From NCBI GenBank assembly GCA_963727625.1, contig CAVSHR010000004.1:992001-1056000 (forward strand): 64,000 bases of DNA, read 5' to 3'. Under the pieces are notes generated by a model. It did no database searches, was not told the DNA's origin, and saw only the letters and a program-made list of their open reading frames with translations. The stretch is from an uncultured delta proteobacterium (GTDB taxonomy: Bacteria > Desulfobacterota > Binatia > UBA9968). Below are positions 18,787 through 29,464 of this stretch, one piece after another. Positions within the stretch are counted from its first letter, which is position 1; each line of letters begins with the position of its first letter. Made by a program: the position numbers and the translations under genes.

Positions 18787-19947
18787 TTACCCGACGTAGC
18801 GCAGGCCCTCGACAATATGGGTCGAGAGCACCCGTCGCAGTGGAATGATCGCCGCGATCAGGCCGATCGCCAGGCTCGCCAGGCAACCGATTAGAATCGT
18901 CTCCGGCTTGATGAAGAATATCGGGAACCAGCCTTTGGGCAGCGCGGCGCGAAAAGCCTGCACCGCCGGCACGGTCGCCGCTAACCCGGCAGCGCTCCCC
19001 ATGACGGCAAGCACCAGCGATTCGCCGGCGAGCAGAAAAAAAAGTTTTCCGCCCGAGAAACCGAGCGCTTTGAGGACCGCGAACTCATGGGTGCGCTCGC
19101 GCGCCGACATGATCATCGTGTTGCCGACGACGAGCAGAATGATACCGATGATCACGAAGGACATGACGTTCATCGCCGTAATGACCGCGCTCGCCGACGA
19201 CAGAAAGTTTTGCTGGAATGCCCGCTCGGTTTCCGTCTTGGTTTCCGCCGGCGAATTCTCAAAGAGTTTGTCGATGGCGTCGGACACCGCGGCCGAGTCG
19301 TCGGGATGGGCGATGCGCACGATGTACCAGCCGATATTGCCGGCCCTATCCGGTGCCTCCTGGCGCAGCCGCTCGTCGACATATCTAAAATGAAACATCA
19401 TGATCGAGGGATCGGCGGTCTGGTCCCGCGGTTGGTAGATGCCGCGCACAACAAACTCCCACTGCCCGGGATAAACATCGCCCTCGAGATTCATGATATC
19501 GCCGATTTTAAGATTGTAGCGACGCGCCAGATCGACGCCGATGATCGTCGAATTACGCTCGCGCTTGAACGCCTCGTATTGATCTTTATCGAGCAAGTAC
19601 TCCGGATAGACGTCGAAGAAACTGTCTGAATCCACCGCCAGGCGCGCAAAGAATTGGTTCTTGTCGATGTAAACCCCGGAAAACCAGACGGCGAAAGTGA
19701 CCTTGTCGACCCCCGGCACCTGGGCGATCCGATCGCGATAGGCCAAGGGCAGGGGAAAGACGAATGACACGGCGTGGCGGGTAATCAGACGATTGGCCGC
19801 CGAGGCTTCGACCCCGGCATACCACGCCGTCACGACGGTACGGAGCAGGGCGAAGGCCATGACCGCGACGCCGACACCGACCACGGTCAGCGCGCTGCGC
19901 AGCTTGTGGCGCAGCGTATTGCGCAGGAGTAGCTTCAAAAGTTGCAT
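18787..19947 (-). CDS. ABC transporter permease (MacB/FtsX family)
   Basis: RNTLRHKLRS.LT and RERTHEFAVLKALGF motifs. Confidence 0.9.
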   Translation of the reverse strand: MQLLKLLLRNTLRHKLRSALTVVGVGVAVMAFALLRTVVTAWYAGVEASAANRLITRHAVSFVFPLPLAYRDRIAQVPGVDKVTFAVWFSGVYIDKNQFFARLAVDSDSFFDVYPEYLLDKDQYEAFKRERNSTIIGVDLARRYNLKIGDIMNLEGDVYPGQWEFVVRGIYQPRDQTADPSIMMFHFRYVDERLRQEAPDRAGNIGWYIVRIAHPDDSAAVSDAIDKLFENSPAETKTETERAFQQNFLSSASAVITAMNVMSFVIIGIILLVVGNTMIMSARERTHEFAVLKALGFSGGKLFFLLAGESLVLAVMGSAAGLAATVPAVQAFRAALPKGWFPIFFIKPETILIGCLASLAIGLIAAIIPLRRVLSTHIVEGLRYVG

Positions 19948-19986
19948 GGATCGGTTCCGCCATGTGGTGCGAAAAATACAATTTGC

Positions 19987-20110
19987 AGCCGGCTCAAAAA
20001 GATCTCAGAGGCGAGGCGCGCGATGGGTCGACGAGCTGAGGCGTACTGCGGCAGTACGTTGAAGCGAGGCGACCGAGTGCAACGAAGCATATGAGTCTTT
20101 TTCAGCAGGC
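19987..20110. repeat. ~125-bp palindromic intergenic element
   Basis: GCCGGCTCAAAAAGATCTCA...TGAGTCTTTTTCAGCAGGC arms with an internal CGTACTGC-G-GCAGTACG hairpin, inside an operon. Confidence 0.6.
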
Positions 20111-20113
20111 GGC

Positions 20114-20788
20114 TTACGCCAGCTCGCCCTTCTCCAGATGACGGCTCGAGCGCGCCCGTTCGGCGGCGCGCGGATCGTGAGTCACCATGAGAATCGTTTT
20201 ATGGAGCTCGCGATTGAGCCGCTCCATCAAGTCAAGCACCTCTTCGGCCGATACCTTGTCCAAATCCCCGGTCGGTTCGTCGGCGACGATGATGGTCGGG
20301 TCGGTGGCAATGGCCCGCGCGATGGCGACGCGCTGCTCCTGGCCGCCGGAGAGCTGGCGCGGATAGTGATGCAACCGATCGGCCAAGCCGACGACGCGCA
20401 GCGCCGTCTCGGCGTGGGTTTGCCGCTCCTTTTTCGACAACGGCGTCAAGATCAACGGCAGCTCGACGTTTTCGAGGGCCGTCAGGACCGGGATCAAATT
20501 GTAAAATTGAAAGATGAAGCCGACGTTGCGCGAGCGCCAGACCGCCAGCTCAGTTTCGTTGAGCTCGGTGACGTCGACTCCGCCGATCAGGATCTTCCCC
20601 GAGGTCGGCTTGTCGATGCCGGCGATGAGATTGAGCAGCGTCGTCTTGCCCGAACCGGACGGCCCCATGAACGCGATAAATTCGCCTTCGCTGATTTCCA
20701 GATTGATATTGTGCAGAACCGGAATTTCCAGACTGTCGCGGTGGTACGATTTATACAGATCCTGCACTTGAATAAGCGGCGCGTCCAT
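20114..20788 (-). CDS. ABC transporter ATP-binding protein (LolD/MacB type)
   Basis: [25 protein letters not shown] and VTHD motifs. Confidence 0.95.
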   Translation of the reverse strand: MDAPLIQVQDLYKSYHRDSLEIPVLHNINLEISEGEFIAFMGPSGSGKTTLLNLIAGIDKPTSGKILIGGVDVTELNETELAVWRSRNVGFIFQFYNLIPVLTALENVELPLILTPLSKKERQTHAETALRVVGLADRLHHYPRQLSGGQEQRVAIARAIATDPTIIVADEPTGDLDKVSAEEVLDLMERLNRELHKTILMVTHDPRAAERARSSRHLEKGELA

Positions 20789-20800
20789 CGTCGGAATAAT

Positions 20801-21997
20801 TCAACCGCCCTTTTGCTTCACTTTTGCGCCGGCTTTGATCTGTTCGTCGGCTTTGCTGATGACTTTATCGCCGTCCTTGAGCCCCTCTTTGATCTCGACC
20901 AGGCTGCCGAGCTTGCGTCCCACGGCAACGGGAATTTCCACGGCGCGATCATCCTTGATTTGAAAAACCACCTGCCGGCCGCCGCGCTCGGCGACCGCGG
21001 CTGCCGGCACGGTCAAGATCGGCGCGCGGTCGGCCTCGTTCAAACTCGCGCCGGCGGCTAGAAAAGTGATTTTCGCGCTCATCTCCGGCAGCACCCGTTG
21101 GTCGTATTCTTTGAATTTGATTTTGACTAACACGGTTGCCTTAGCGCGATCCGCCGTCGGCACGATGTTCGCGACGTAGCCGGGGTAGCGCTGTCGCGGA
21201 TAGGCGTCCAGCGCGATCTCGCAACCTTGGTCCCGGCTCACCTTGGTGATATTGGCTTCGGAAACATCGGCGTCGACTTCCAGCGAGGTCATGTCGGCGA
21301 TGGTCACGACTGCCGCCCTCGAGCTCGCCGCGCCCGCCAGCGGCGCGACGATCTCGCCCACATCGGCGTTCTTCTTCAACACGGTGCCGTTAAAAGGCGC
21401 GATGATACGCGTGTTGTCGACCGCCACGTCGGCTTCGCGCACGGCAAACTTTGCCGCTTCAATGGTCGCCGTGACCCGTTTATAGCGCGCCTCGGCGATG
21501 TCGTATTCCGCCTGGGCAATCACCCCTTGCTTCAGCAAGATGCGCATGCGTTCGAGATTTTGCTTGGCGTCGTAGAGGTCGGCTTCGGACACGCGCAAGT
21601 TCTGGCGCGCCCGGTCGCGCGCCGCGATGACGTCGGCATCTTCAAGGCGCGCGATCACCTGCCCCTTCTTGACCGGATCACCTTCCTCCACGCCAAGAAA
21701 CACCAGTCTTCCGGTGCCCTTGGACGCCACCGCGGCCTTGCGCCGCGCAACCACGTAACCGCTGGCGGTCAAAACCGCATTGGCCTGCGACGGCGAGGTC
21801 AGCGACGCTGTGGCCAACTGCACTTCGACGCCGGGACTGAACCAATCTTTGAAAAAGATGAAAAGCGCAACGAACAGCGCGACCGCCGCCAACCAACCGA
21901 TGAGTTTGCCAAACCCTCGGGTTTTTTTTGGCGCGGTTGGACCTTGCGACGAACGGTCAATCCTCAAAGTCGATAGATCCGCGTCTTTGGTTGCCAT
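20801..21997 (-). CDS. Periplasmic adaptor (MFP, MacA-like)
   Basis: N-terminal TM, lipoyl halves (V.EGD.VKKGQ, APFNGTV) and a coiled coil. Confidence 0.9.
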   Translation of the reverse strand: MATKDADLSTLRIDRSSQGPTAPKKTRGFGKLIGWLAAVALFVALFIFFKDWFSPGVEVQLATASLTSPSQANAVLTASGYVVARRKAAVASKGTGRLVFLGVEEGDPVKKGQVIARLEDADVIAARDRARQNLRVSEADLYDAKQNLERMRILLKQGVIAQAEYDIAEARYKRVTATIEAAKFAVREADVAVDNTRIIAPFNGTVLKKNADVGEIVAPLAGAASSRAAVVTIADMTSLEVDADVSEANITKVSRDQGCEIALDAYPRQRYPGYVANIVPTADRAKATVLVKIKFKEYDQRVLPEMSAKITFLAAGASLNEADRAPILTVPAAAVAERGGRQVVFQIKDDRAVEIPVAVGRKLGSLVEIKEGLKDGDKVISKADEQIKAGAKVKQKGG

Positions 21998-22065
21998 AAA
22001 TTTAACAAGAGTACGGGGAATTTCGGGTTTTTCAAGACGAATCGGAAATGTTAGTTTTAGCGTTG

Positions 22066-22818
22066 ATGGGCGCGACAACGACGTGGAATCCGGAAAGTTA
22101 TGCGCGGAACGCCCGCTTCGTATCCGACCTCGGCGAACCCCTGTTGGAACTGCTTGCCGTTATCCCCGGGGAAACCATTTTGGACCTCGGCTGCGGCGAC
22201 GGCGCGCTCACCGAAAAACTTACCGCCGCGGGCGCCGCGGTGATCGCCGTCGATTCGAGCTTGGCGCAAGTTGTGGCTGCGCGCCGGCGCGGCTTGATCG
22301 CGCTGGTCATGGACGGCCAAGCGCTGAGTTTCCAACGGCACTTCGACGCGGTTTTCACCAATGCCGTGCTGCATTGGCTCAAGCGCCCGGAAAAAGTTCT
22401 CGAAGGCGTAACCGCATGTCTGAAGCCTGGCGGCCGATTCGTCGGCGAGTTCGGCGGCAGAGGCAATGTCGAGACGATTCGCGTTACGCTGCATGCTGGA
22501 TTATCCAAACGCGGCATCGATCCGTGGAAGGTCGATCCCTGGTACTACCCAGCCGCCGGCGAGTATTCGGCCCTGCTCGAAGAGTTCGGCTTTACGGTGG
22601 AATACATCGAGCTCATCCCACGCGCGACGAAACTTCCCGGCGATATTCACGGCTGGCTGGAAGTCTTCGCTCAGTCGTTTACCAAAGCGCTACCCGAATC
22701 CGATCGCGAAAAATATCTCGAAGAAGTTCGGGACGAATTGCAGCCAAAGCTCCGTGATGCCGATGGCGCTTGGTGCGCCGACTACGTTCGCCTGCGATTC
22801 AGAGCACGGCGGCGCTGA
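22066..22818 (+). CDS. Class I SAM methyltransferase (Tam-like)
   Basis: ILDLGCGDG, FDAVFTNAVLHW and ADYVRLRF motifs. Confidence 0.88.
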   Translation: MGATTTWNPESYARNARFVSDLGEPLLELLAVIPGETILDLGCGDGALTEKLTAAGAAVIAVDSSLAQVVAARRRGLIALVMDGQALSFQRHFDAVFTNAVLHWLKRPEKVLEGVTACLKPGGRFVGEFGGRGNVETIRVTLHAGLSKRGIDPWKVDPWYYPAAGEYSALLEEFGFTVEYIELIPRATKLPGDIHGWLEVFAQSFTKALPESDREKYLEEVRDELQPKLRDADGAWCADYVRLRFRARRR

Positions 22819-22893
22819 AACTTCTCCGGCTGACGGTCTTGCGGGCAGTATCGCTTTGAACGTTTTGAACGGCTTGAGCTTTTTGAACCATGG

Positions 22894-23655
22894 TCAAATC
22901 TTAAATCCGCCGTACACCACGGTCGTGGCAAACTTCCAAAAACAGTCCACGTCCTCGAAACCCGCTTCCTTGAGCCAGGCCAGTTCCTCTTCAAGATAAC
23001 CGTTGTCGTGCGGCCCGTGGTAGGTGCTCGGCGACGCCGCGCGAACCTCGGCCAGGTTGGTTTTGCCCTCGCTCGAACGGCGCACGAAGCGGTCGAGATA
23101 TTCGTCCCGCGCGCTTCGATAGCGCTGGCCGAGCGATTTCGTCCCGGCCCGCACGTTGTCGGCGTTGATGAAACAGCCGCCCGGCCGAACCAGAGAAAAC
23201 GCTTCTTTGAAAATGAAACGGCGCCGCTGATTCTCGGTAAAATGATGCAACGCGCGCGACGAGATCACGGCGTCGAAGGTTCCCTCCACCGAGCTAAGCC
23301 AATCCGCCGTGGCGAGCGATCCCCGCACGAAGCGAATGCGCCCACGAAAAGCCGCGCCGCGCTCGCGGCCAAGCGTGAGCATAGCTTCCGAAGCATCCAG
23401 GCAAACCGCGGAGGCGTTCGGGCGGTCGCTTAGAACCGCCATGGCCAAGGCGCCGTAGCCGGCGCCGATATCGAGGATGCGCATGGGCGCATCGATCGGC
23501 TGAGGGATCATGCGCAGGACCATCGCCGTCTGCGCCCCGCGGATCGGTGCTTGCCAGCCGCCCTTGGCCGCCCATTGCTCGATAAATCCGCGGCTGCCCC
23601 AGGTGTTCTGCCATGAAGTGTCGGTTGACGCTGTCTCCGGCTTGATCTCCGCCAT
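22894..23655 (-). CDS. Class I SAM methyltransferase
   Basis: ILDIGAGYG, FDAVISSRALHH and GFEDVDCFWK motifs. Confidence 0.88.
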   Translation of the reverse strand: MAEIKPETASTDTSWQNTWGSRGFIEQWAAKGGWQAPIRGAQTAMVLRMIPQPIDAPMRILDIGAGYGALAMAVLSDRPNASAVCLDASEAMLTLGRERGAAFRGRIRFVRGSLATADWLSSVEGTFDAVISSRALHHFTENQRRRFIFKEAFSLVRPGGCFINADNVRAGTKSLGQRYRSARDEYLDRFVRRSSEGKTNLAEVRAASPSTYHGPHDNGYLEEELAWLKEAGFEDVDCFWKFATTVVYGGFKI

Positions 23656-23799
23656 ATCACCCCCGATAAAATAATATTTTCATAGCTAGCCCAGGGTCAT
23701 GGGGCTGTCAACGAAGCGACTGCACGGCGGCCGCCAACGGCTTGAAAGACCGCGTCGATTGCTGGTAAGCGGGTAACACCCTTTACCCTCGGAGGTTTC

Positions 23800-24129
23800 A
23801 TGCTATTTTGCAGGCTCTATACCGGCCCGGACGGCAAATCGCACTTTGAAGATTTTGACCAGAGCCAGAGGTCGGCACATTTCCTCACCGCCCTCCCGGC
23901 CCGGGCGTTGGTTTTCAAAAACGATGTGAACCGCGACGACCTGCACGGCTTTCACAACGCGCCGCGGCGCCAGTGGTGCATCACCCTGTCGGGTTCGGTC
24001 GACATCGGCCTCGGCGACGGCGCGGTAAAAACCTTCGGCCCGGGGGATGTCTTTCTCGCCGAAGACGTCACTGGCCAAGGCCACACCGCGTTGCCGAAAA
24101 ATTGGCTGCGGGCGTTTGTTCATGTCTGA
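23800..24129 (+). CDS. Small cupin-like protein
   Basis: RLYTGPDGKSHFE, FHNAPRRQ and AEDVTGQGH. GGAGG RBS. Paralog at 45797. Confidence 0.75.
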   Translation: MLFCRLYTGPDGKSHFEDFDQSQRSAHFLTALPARALVFKNDVNRDDLHGFHNAPRRQWCITLSGSVDIGLGDGAVKTFGPGDVFLAEDVTGQGHTALPKNWLRAFVHV

Positions 24130-24180
24130 GTCGTGCGCGTGAAACGCCACCGCCTATCGCCTTTCGCTCTCTACAGAACG

Positions 24181-24987
24181 CTAACCTCTCAAAAAATCGC
24201 GAATCACCCGGTGCGCAGCCTCGGGATCGCTCGCGAAGTAGTTGTGCTTTTGCTTCGGGAGGATAACAAACTTCGAGTTGGGAATTCCCTTGGCGAGAAT
24301 ATCCGAGGACCTGCGATGGGTCATAACAACGTTAGGGTCGCCTTCGAGCTCACCGACCATCACCAACGTCAGCACGCAAATGTCTTTCAACCGCGCGCTG
24401 GTATCGTGGCTCTGACGCGACAGCACATGGCGCAAATAAAATTCCACCGGGCAAAGATTGTCTAGCCGCGCCGCGAAGAAAGCTTCCAGGCGAGCGGGAT
24501 GATTTTTTACGAACTCATCGGTGAAACCGACCTGGAGGGTGTGTTCCCTGACGTATTTTTCGTAGCCCCACTCGATCATCTCTTTGCATAGGGTCAGCGG
24601 CAAGCCGGCGCCGCCGGGGAAGGAAGCGCCGGTGGAAGCGAGAATTAGCCTCCTGACGCGCTTCGGATATTCCAAAGCGAGCAATTGCGCCACTCGCCCG
24701 CCCATGGAATGACCCAATACGATCGCCTCATTGACGTTGAGATGATCCAGCACCGAAACAGCATCATCGCAGAACATCCGCGTGGTGTAATCCACCGATG
24801 GCTTGCTCGACCGTCCGGTGCCGCGGTAGTCATGGATGATCACTCGATGGTCCTTGGCGAATTCGGGCACCTGAAAGAGCTTCCAGATCTGGCCGTCGCA
24901 GGCGGTCTCACTGAAAAAAACAAACGGCTGCCCTTCGCCGTGAGTTTCGTAATAAATTTCCACGCCGTCTCTTTCTAAAGTCGCCAT
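24181..24987 (-). CDS. Alpha/beta hydrolase
   Basis: DYRGTGRS, GHSMGG nucleophile elbow and a C-terminal His. Confidence 0.9.
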   Translation of the reverse strand: MATLERDGVEIYYETHGEGQPFVFFSETACDGQIWKLFQVPEFAKDHRVIIHDYRGTGRSSKPSVDYTTRMFCDDAVSVLDHLNVNEAIVLGHSMGGRVAQLLALEYPKRVRRLILASTGASFPGGAGLPLTLCKEMIEWGYEKYVREHTLQVGFTDEFVKNHPARLEAFFAARLDNLCPVEFYLRHVLSRQSHDTSARLKDICVLTLVMVGELEGDPNVVMTHRRSSDILAKGIPNSKFVILPKQKHNYFASDPEAAHRVIRDFLRG

Positions 24988-25099
24988 TCAGCGCCCTCCT
25001 CGCCCACCGTCACTAGATAATGGAAGTCGGCGCATAGGACAAGGCGATACCCTCGCTCCCTACCGCGGCGCAGGATTTTGAAAATGTGCCGCCGATAGC

Positions 25100-25129
25100 T
25101 TGACGCCTCACCCGCTTTTCGCATAACGT
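25100..25129 (+). promoter_or_regulatory. Possible sigma70 promoter for the 25.2-36.1 kb gene run
   Basis: TTGACG followed 16-18 nt later by CATAAC/TAACGT, in a divergent intergenic gap. Confidence 0.35.
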
Positions 25130-25173
25130 TTTTTGCATCGATCGCCGATTCATTTTTATTGGGAGGATTGCCA

Positions 25174-26187
25174 ATGCCCTATCACCCCATCGCGAGATAT
25201 CTCACGATCTGCACGATCGTCATCTTACTCTCGACCGCGCCGAGCGTCGCCGCCGACAAATTACGAGTCGGCTTGAGCTCGATCAGCGCCACCTCCGGAT
25301 CGATCTGGGTCGCTGAGGAGAAAGGTATTTTCAAGAAGCATGGCCTCGACGCCGAGGTGATTATCATCGGCGGCGGCGCTGCGCGCGTCGTCAGCTCGTT
25401 GATCGCCGGCGAAATCCAGTTTTCCGTCGGCGGCGGCGACGCGGTCATTCGCTCGCACTTAAAAGGCGCCGACACGGTGCTGGTTGCCTCGCCGTTAAAA
25501 ACCGGCTTGCAGCGCATGCTGGTCAAGCCGGAGATCAAAACCCCCGCCGACCTCAAGGGCAAAACAATCGGCGTCACCCGGTTCGGCTCGGCGTCGCACT
25601 GGGTGCTGCAATTATTCTTGCGCAAGTGGGGCATGCGCACCGATGACATCCAGATGCTTCAGCTTGGCTCCTCGCCCGCGATGCTCGCGAGCCTCGACAA
25701 AGGCGCCATCGACGGCGCGGTGTTTACCATTCCGACCTATTTCCTCGCCGAAGAGCGCGGCTACCGCACCCTCGCCGATCCCGCGGACATGGATATTTAC
25801 TATTTACAGAACTCGGTGGACAGCACGCGCGGCTACATCAAGCGCAACCGCGATGTCGCCCTGCGTTTCGTCAAATCTCTTTGCGAAGGGATCGCGTATT
25901 TTCGCATGCACAAAAAGGAAAGCCTAGCCGTACTCCAGAAGAAACTGCGCATCCAGTCGGCTCAGGAGCGCGATGTCAAATACCTGGAGCTTTCCTATAA
26001 CCTCTTAGCCGACAAATTTTACAATCAAGTACCCTACGCCAATCCCAAGGCGATCGAGACCACCCTCGATTTCATTTCCTCCGAGGAGCCCAAGGCCCGG
26101 GGCGCCGACCCCAAGCAGTTCGTCGACGAGAGCCTAGTGCGGGAAATCGAAGCCAGCGGCTTCATCAAAGCGCTGTACAAAAATTAA
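25174..26187 (+). CDS. ABC substrate-binding protein (SsuA/TauA/NMT1 family)
   Basis: Signal peptide, G.FKKHGLD and DLKGKTIGVTRFGS motifs. Confidence 0.88.
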   Translation: MPYHPIARYLTICTIVILLSTAPSVAADKLRVGLSSISATSGSIWVAEEKGIFKKHGLDAEVIIIGGGAARVVSSLIAGEIQFSVGGGDAVIRSHLKGADTVLVASPLKTGLQRMLVKPEIKTPADLKGKTIGVTRFGSASHWVLQLFLRKWGMRTDDIQMLQLGSSPAMLASLDKGAIDGAVFTIPTYFLAEERGYRTLADPADMDIYYLQNSVDSTRGYIKRNRDVALRFVKSLCEGIAYFRMHKKESLAVLQKKLRIQSAQERDVKYLELSYNLLADKFYNQVPYANPKAIETTLDFISSEEPKARGADPKQFVDESLVREIEASGFIKALYKN

Positions 26188-26199
26188 CCGGGAGCTTGC

Positions 26200-27078
26200 A
26201 TGGCCGATTACAAAGAAATTCTTTACGACAAACAGCGCGGCGGGGTGCTGATCACGCTCAACCGTCCCGAAGCGCTCAACGCGATCACCCGGCCGATGTT
26301 GAAAGAGATTCACCATGCGCTGAACGAAGCCGAGGCCGACCCGGAAATCCGCGCCATCGTCTTGACCGGCGCGGGGCGCGCCTTCAGCTCGGGATTCGAT
26401 CAAGCGACCACCTCCGGCCGACGTAGAGACATCCAATGGCCCTACGGCATCCAGACCGGGATGAGCGCCGCCGATCTGATGAATTATTGGAGCGCCGACG
26501 ATGTCAAGCTGATCCGCGTGTTTGAAATGACCAAGCCGGTCATCGGCGCGGTCAGAGGTTGGGCGATGGGCGGCGGCTGTTGGCTCGCGCTCTACACCCA
26601 TATTACGATCGCAGCGGAGGACGCGGTGTTCGCCCAGCCGGAGGTGCGCCACGGTTCCAACACGACTTTCATGTGGACTCTGCTTGCCGGGTTCAAAAAC
26701 GCCCTGCGCTACGGCCTGGTCGGCGATCACATCGACGCCCGGGAAGCGCTGCGCATCGGCTTGGTCAATAAAGTGGTCCCCGCCGAACAACTCGTCGAAG
26801 AGTGTTTCAAAATCGTCGAGCGCATCAGCCAGGTGCCGCCGGAGACCGTCAAAATCAATCTGCAGATCTCGACCATGGGCTTGCAGATGATGGGGCTGCG
26901 CGATGCCCTGCGCATGGATGAAACTCTCTCGATTCCCGCGCACATGATGCTCAACGAAGAGTTCCGCCGCCCGCTCGATGAAGCGCGCGCCACCCAAGGC
27001 ACCAAAGCCTATCTGCAAATGCGCGACGGCCCGTTCCAGCCCGAACCGTTCGGACCGAGGGCGCGGAAAAAGCCGTGA
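26200..27078 (+). CDS. Crotonase/enoyl-CoA hydratase family protein 1
   Basis: ITLNRPEALNA, RAFSSGFD, GWAMGGG and FAQPE motifs. Confidence 0.9.
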   Translation: MADYKEILYDKQRGGVLITLNRPEALNAITRPMLKEIHHALNEAEADPEIRAIVLTGAGRAFSSGFDQATTSGRRRDIQWPYGIQTGMSAADLMNYWSADDVKLIRVFEMTKPVIGAVRGWAMGGGCWLALYTHITIAAEDAVFAQPEVRHGSNTTFMWTLLAGFKNALRYGLVGDHIDAREALRIGLVNKVVPAEQLVEECFKIVERISQVPPETVKINLQISTMGLQMMGLRDALRMDETLSIPAHMMLNEEFRRPLDEARATQGTKAYLQMRDGPFQPEPFGPRARKKP

Positions 27079-27167
27079 GGCGCGCGGCTTGAGGCAACAG
27101 GAATACAACGGAGACAGTCCGAGTTTTTATTCATCGATGACTTCAGCACTCCAATTAGAACGTAACG

Positions 27168-29348
27168 ATGACCATTTCACCTGACAACAGCGACGCTTCC
27201 GCTTGGCGCGATCTCACTCCCCTCATCAACCCGCGCTCGGTGGCTATCGTCGGCGCGTCGCAGCGTGGCTCTTCCGCGCTCAATCGCGAGCCGAGGGGGA
27301 ACCGGGTCATCCGAAACTTAAAAAGTTTCGGCTATCCCGGCAAAATTGTTACGGTTAATCCAAAGTACAACGAGGTGATGGACTGCCCCTGCTATCCCGA
27401 TATCGCGACGATTCCCGAACCTGTCGACTGCGTCGTTTTGGCCGTGCCTAATCGCCACGTGCCGGATCTTTTGCAATCGGCGGCCGACGCCGGCGTGCGG
27501 GCGGCGGTGGTCTTCTCGGCGGGCTTCGCCGAGACCGGCGCCGCAGGCAAAGAGCGCCAGGCGAGGCTCGAGGCGCTTTCGCGCGAGCGCGGCTTCCTGA
27601 TCTGCGGACCCAACTGCTACGGGGTCTTAAACGTCTACGGCAAGGCACCTTTGTTCGCGTCGACGATACCGGCGGGCTTCCTCGCCGGCCCAGTGGCGCT
27701 GGTTTCCCAGAGCGGCGGCCTGAGCACCACCATCGCCAACGCCATGATGCTCAATCGCCATGTCGGCCTGAGCCACATCGTTTCCTGCGGTAATCAAGCC
27801 GGCGCGACGGTGGAAGAATATTTCAACTATTTCGTCGAAGATGAAAATACCCGGGTGATCGCGGCCTTCGTCGAGGGATTTAAACAACCCTATAAACTTC
27901 TGGAAGTCGCGCGCAAAGCCGCGGCACGAAACAAGCCTTTGATCATCCTCAAAGGCGGCAGATCGGAAGTCTCGCAGCGCGCCGCGGCGACTCACTCGGG
28001 CTCCCTGGCCGGCGCGGCGGAGGTGGTCGACGCGGCATTTCACCAAGGCGGCATCGTCTCGGTGCGCAGCATCAACGAGCTGATCGACGCCGTCAGTGTT
28101 TTTTCCTGCGACAAGTTCATCCGACAATACCGCGGCGGCCGGCGTATCGGCGTGCTCAGCGGCTCGGGCGGCGAGTGCACGCTGGTCTCCGACGCCGCAG
28201 CAAGTGTAGGGCTCGAAGTGCCGGAATTGACTCAGAACACCAAAGCGCAGCTCCAGGAAGCGATCGCCGACTTCGGCAATATGAACAATCCGCTCGACGG
28301 CACCGGCGCCATGTACGACGACGAAAAGATTTTTCCACGATTGCTCCAGGCGCTGATCGATGACGCCAACATCGACGTGGTCACCATCAACCTCGAGGCC
28401 AACGATCCGCGCCCGAAGGAATTGAAAAGCGGCAACCGCTTTTCCGCGGCGATAGAGAAAGCCGCGGCGTCGAGCAAAAAACCGATCGCCTGTTTCAGCT
28501 CCGTCGTCGGCGGTCCAGTGGATCCGGAAATTCTTCTGCCGTTGCGCGCCGCCGGCGTGCCGCTCATGGAAGGTGCGGAGTGCGCGACGATCACCATCCG
28601 TAATTTAGCCGAGTACGATGAATTCCATAGAAACCGGCGGGAAAACCCTGCAATAGGAGCAGCAGCCGCGCCCGCCAAAAAGTTAGGCTCTGGAATCCTG
28701 CCAGCCGAAGCAGCCTTTCGCCTGTTTGAGGAATTTGCAATTCCAGTCGTTCCGACGGTTCTGACTCGCAGCGCCAACCAGGCAGCAGCCGCGGCCGAGC
28801 AAATGGGCTTTCCCGTCGCGTTAAAGATCGAATCGGTCGACATCACTCACAAGAGCGATATCGGCGGGGTGGCGCTAAAACTCACCAATTCCAGCGAAGT
28901 CAGGGATGCCTACGCGCGCATCCAAGCTGAAGTCAGCCGCCGCGCCCCCGGCGTAAAGATCGACGGCGTCGTCGTGCAACGGATGGCGACCGAAGGAGTT
29001 GAAATGATCCTGGGGATCAAACGCGATCCGCTCTTCGGCCCGGTGGTTCTCTGCGGCTTCGGCGGCATTCTTGTTGAATTGCTCAAGGATATTGCCGTCG
29101 GTATACCACCCTTGTCGCCTGCCCAAGCGCGCGACATGCTCCAACGTCTGCGCGGTTTTGCGCTGCTCGGCGGTGTGCGCGGCAAAGCGCCCGCCGACAT
29201 TGACGCGCTTTGCGCAGCGATCGTCGGGGTGTCGCGGCTCGCGATCAGCCTGGGTGATCAACTCACTGGCTTGGACATCAACCCGCTGATCGTGTTGCCG
29301 AAAGGCAAGGGAGTCCTCGCCGTCGACGCGCTGGTGCAGATCGAATGA
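27168..29348 (+). CDS. ADP-forming acyl-CoA synthetase (fused CoA-binding + ATP-grasp)
   Basis: AIVGAS, GPNCYG, SQSGG, ATHSGSLAG (phospho-His), HKSDIGGV and DINPL motifs. Confidence 0.92.
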   Translation: MTISPDNSDASAWRDLTPLINPRSVAIVGASQRGSSALNREPRGNRVIRNLKSFGYPGKIVTVNPKYNEVMDCPCYPDIATIPEPVDCVVLAVPNRHVPDLLQSAADAGVRAAVVFSAGFAETGAAGKERQARLEALSRERGFLICGPNCYGVLNVYGKAPLFASTIPAGFLAGPVALVSQSGGLSTTIANAMMLNRHVGLSHIVSCGNQAGATVEEYFNYFVEDENTRVIAAFVEGFKQPYKLLEVARKAAARNKPLIILKGGRSEVSQRAAATHSGSLAGAAEVVDAAFHQGGIVSVRSINELIDAVSVFSCDKFIRQYRGGRRIGVLSGSGGECTLVSDAAASVGLEVPELTQNTKAQLQEAIADFGNMNNPLDGTGAMYDDEKIFPRLLQALIDDANIDVVTINLEANDPRPKELKSGNRFSAAIEKAAASSKKPIACFSSVVGGPVDPEILLPLRAAGVPLMEGAECATITIRNLAEYDEFHRNRRENPAIGAAAAPAKKLGSGILPAEAAFRLFEEFAIPVVPTVLTRSANQAAAAAEQMGFPVALKIESVDITHKSDIGGVALKLTNSSEVRDAYARIQAEVSRRAPGVKIDGVVVQRMATEGVEMILGIKRDPLFGPVVLCGFGGILVELLKDIAVGIPPLSPAQARDMLQRLRGFALLGGVRGKAPADIDALCAAIVGVSRLAISLGDQLTGLDINPLIVLPKGKGVLAVDALVQIE

Positions 29349-29464
29349 AAGAAAAACGCGTTCAAGCAGTTCAATGCGTTTAAGTCGTTCAACGCGTTAT
29401 CGGAGTTAATCGGACGGCTTGAACTATTTGAACGTTTTGAACCCAGAAGCACAGAGGAGTTCGA

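Noticed and set aside
29360-29443. Periodic repeats as a CRISPR array
   Set aside because: Units are 7-9 nt and degenerate, with no unique 30-40 nt spacers and no cas genes.
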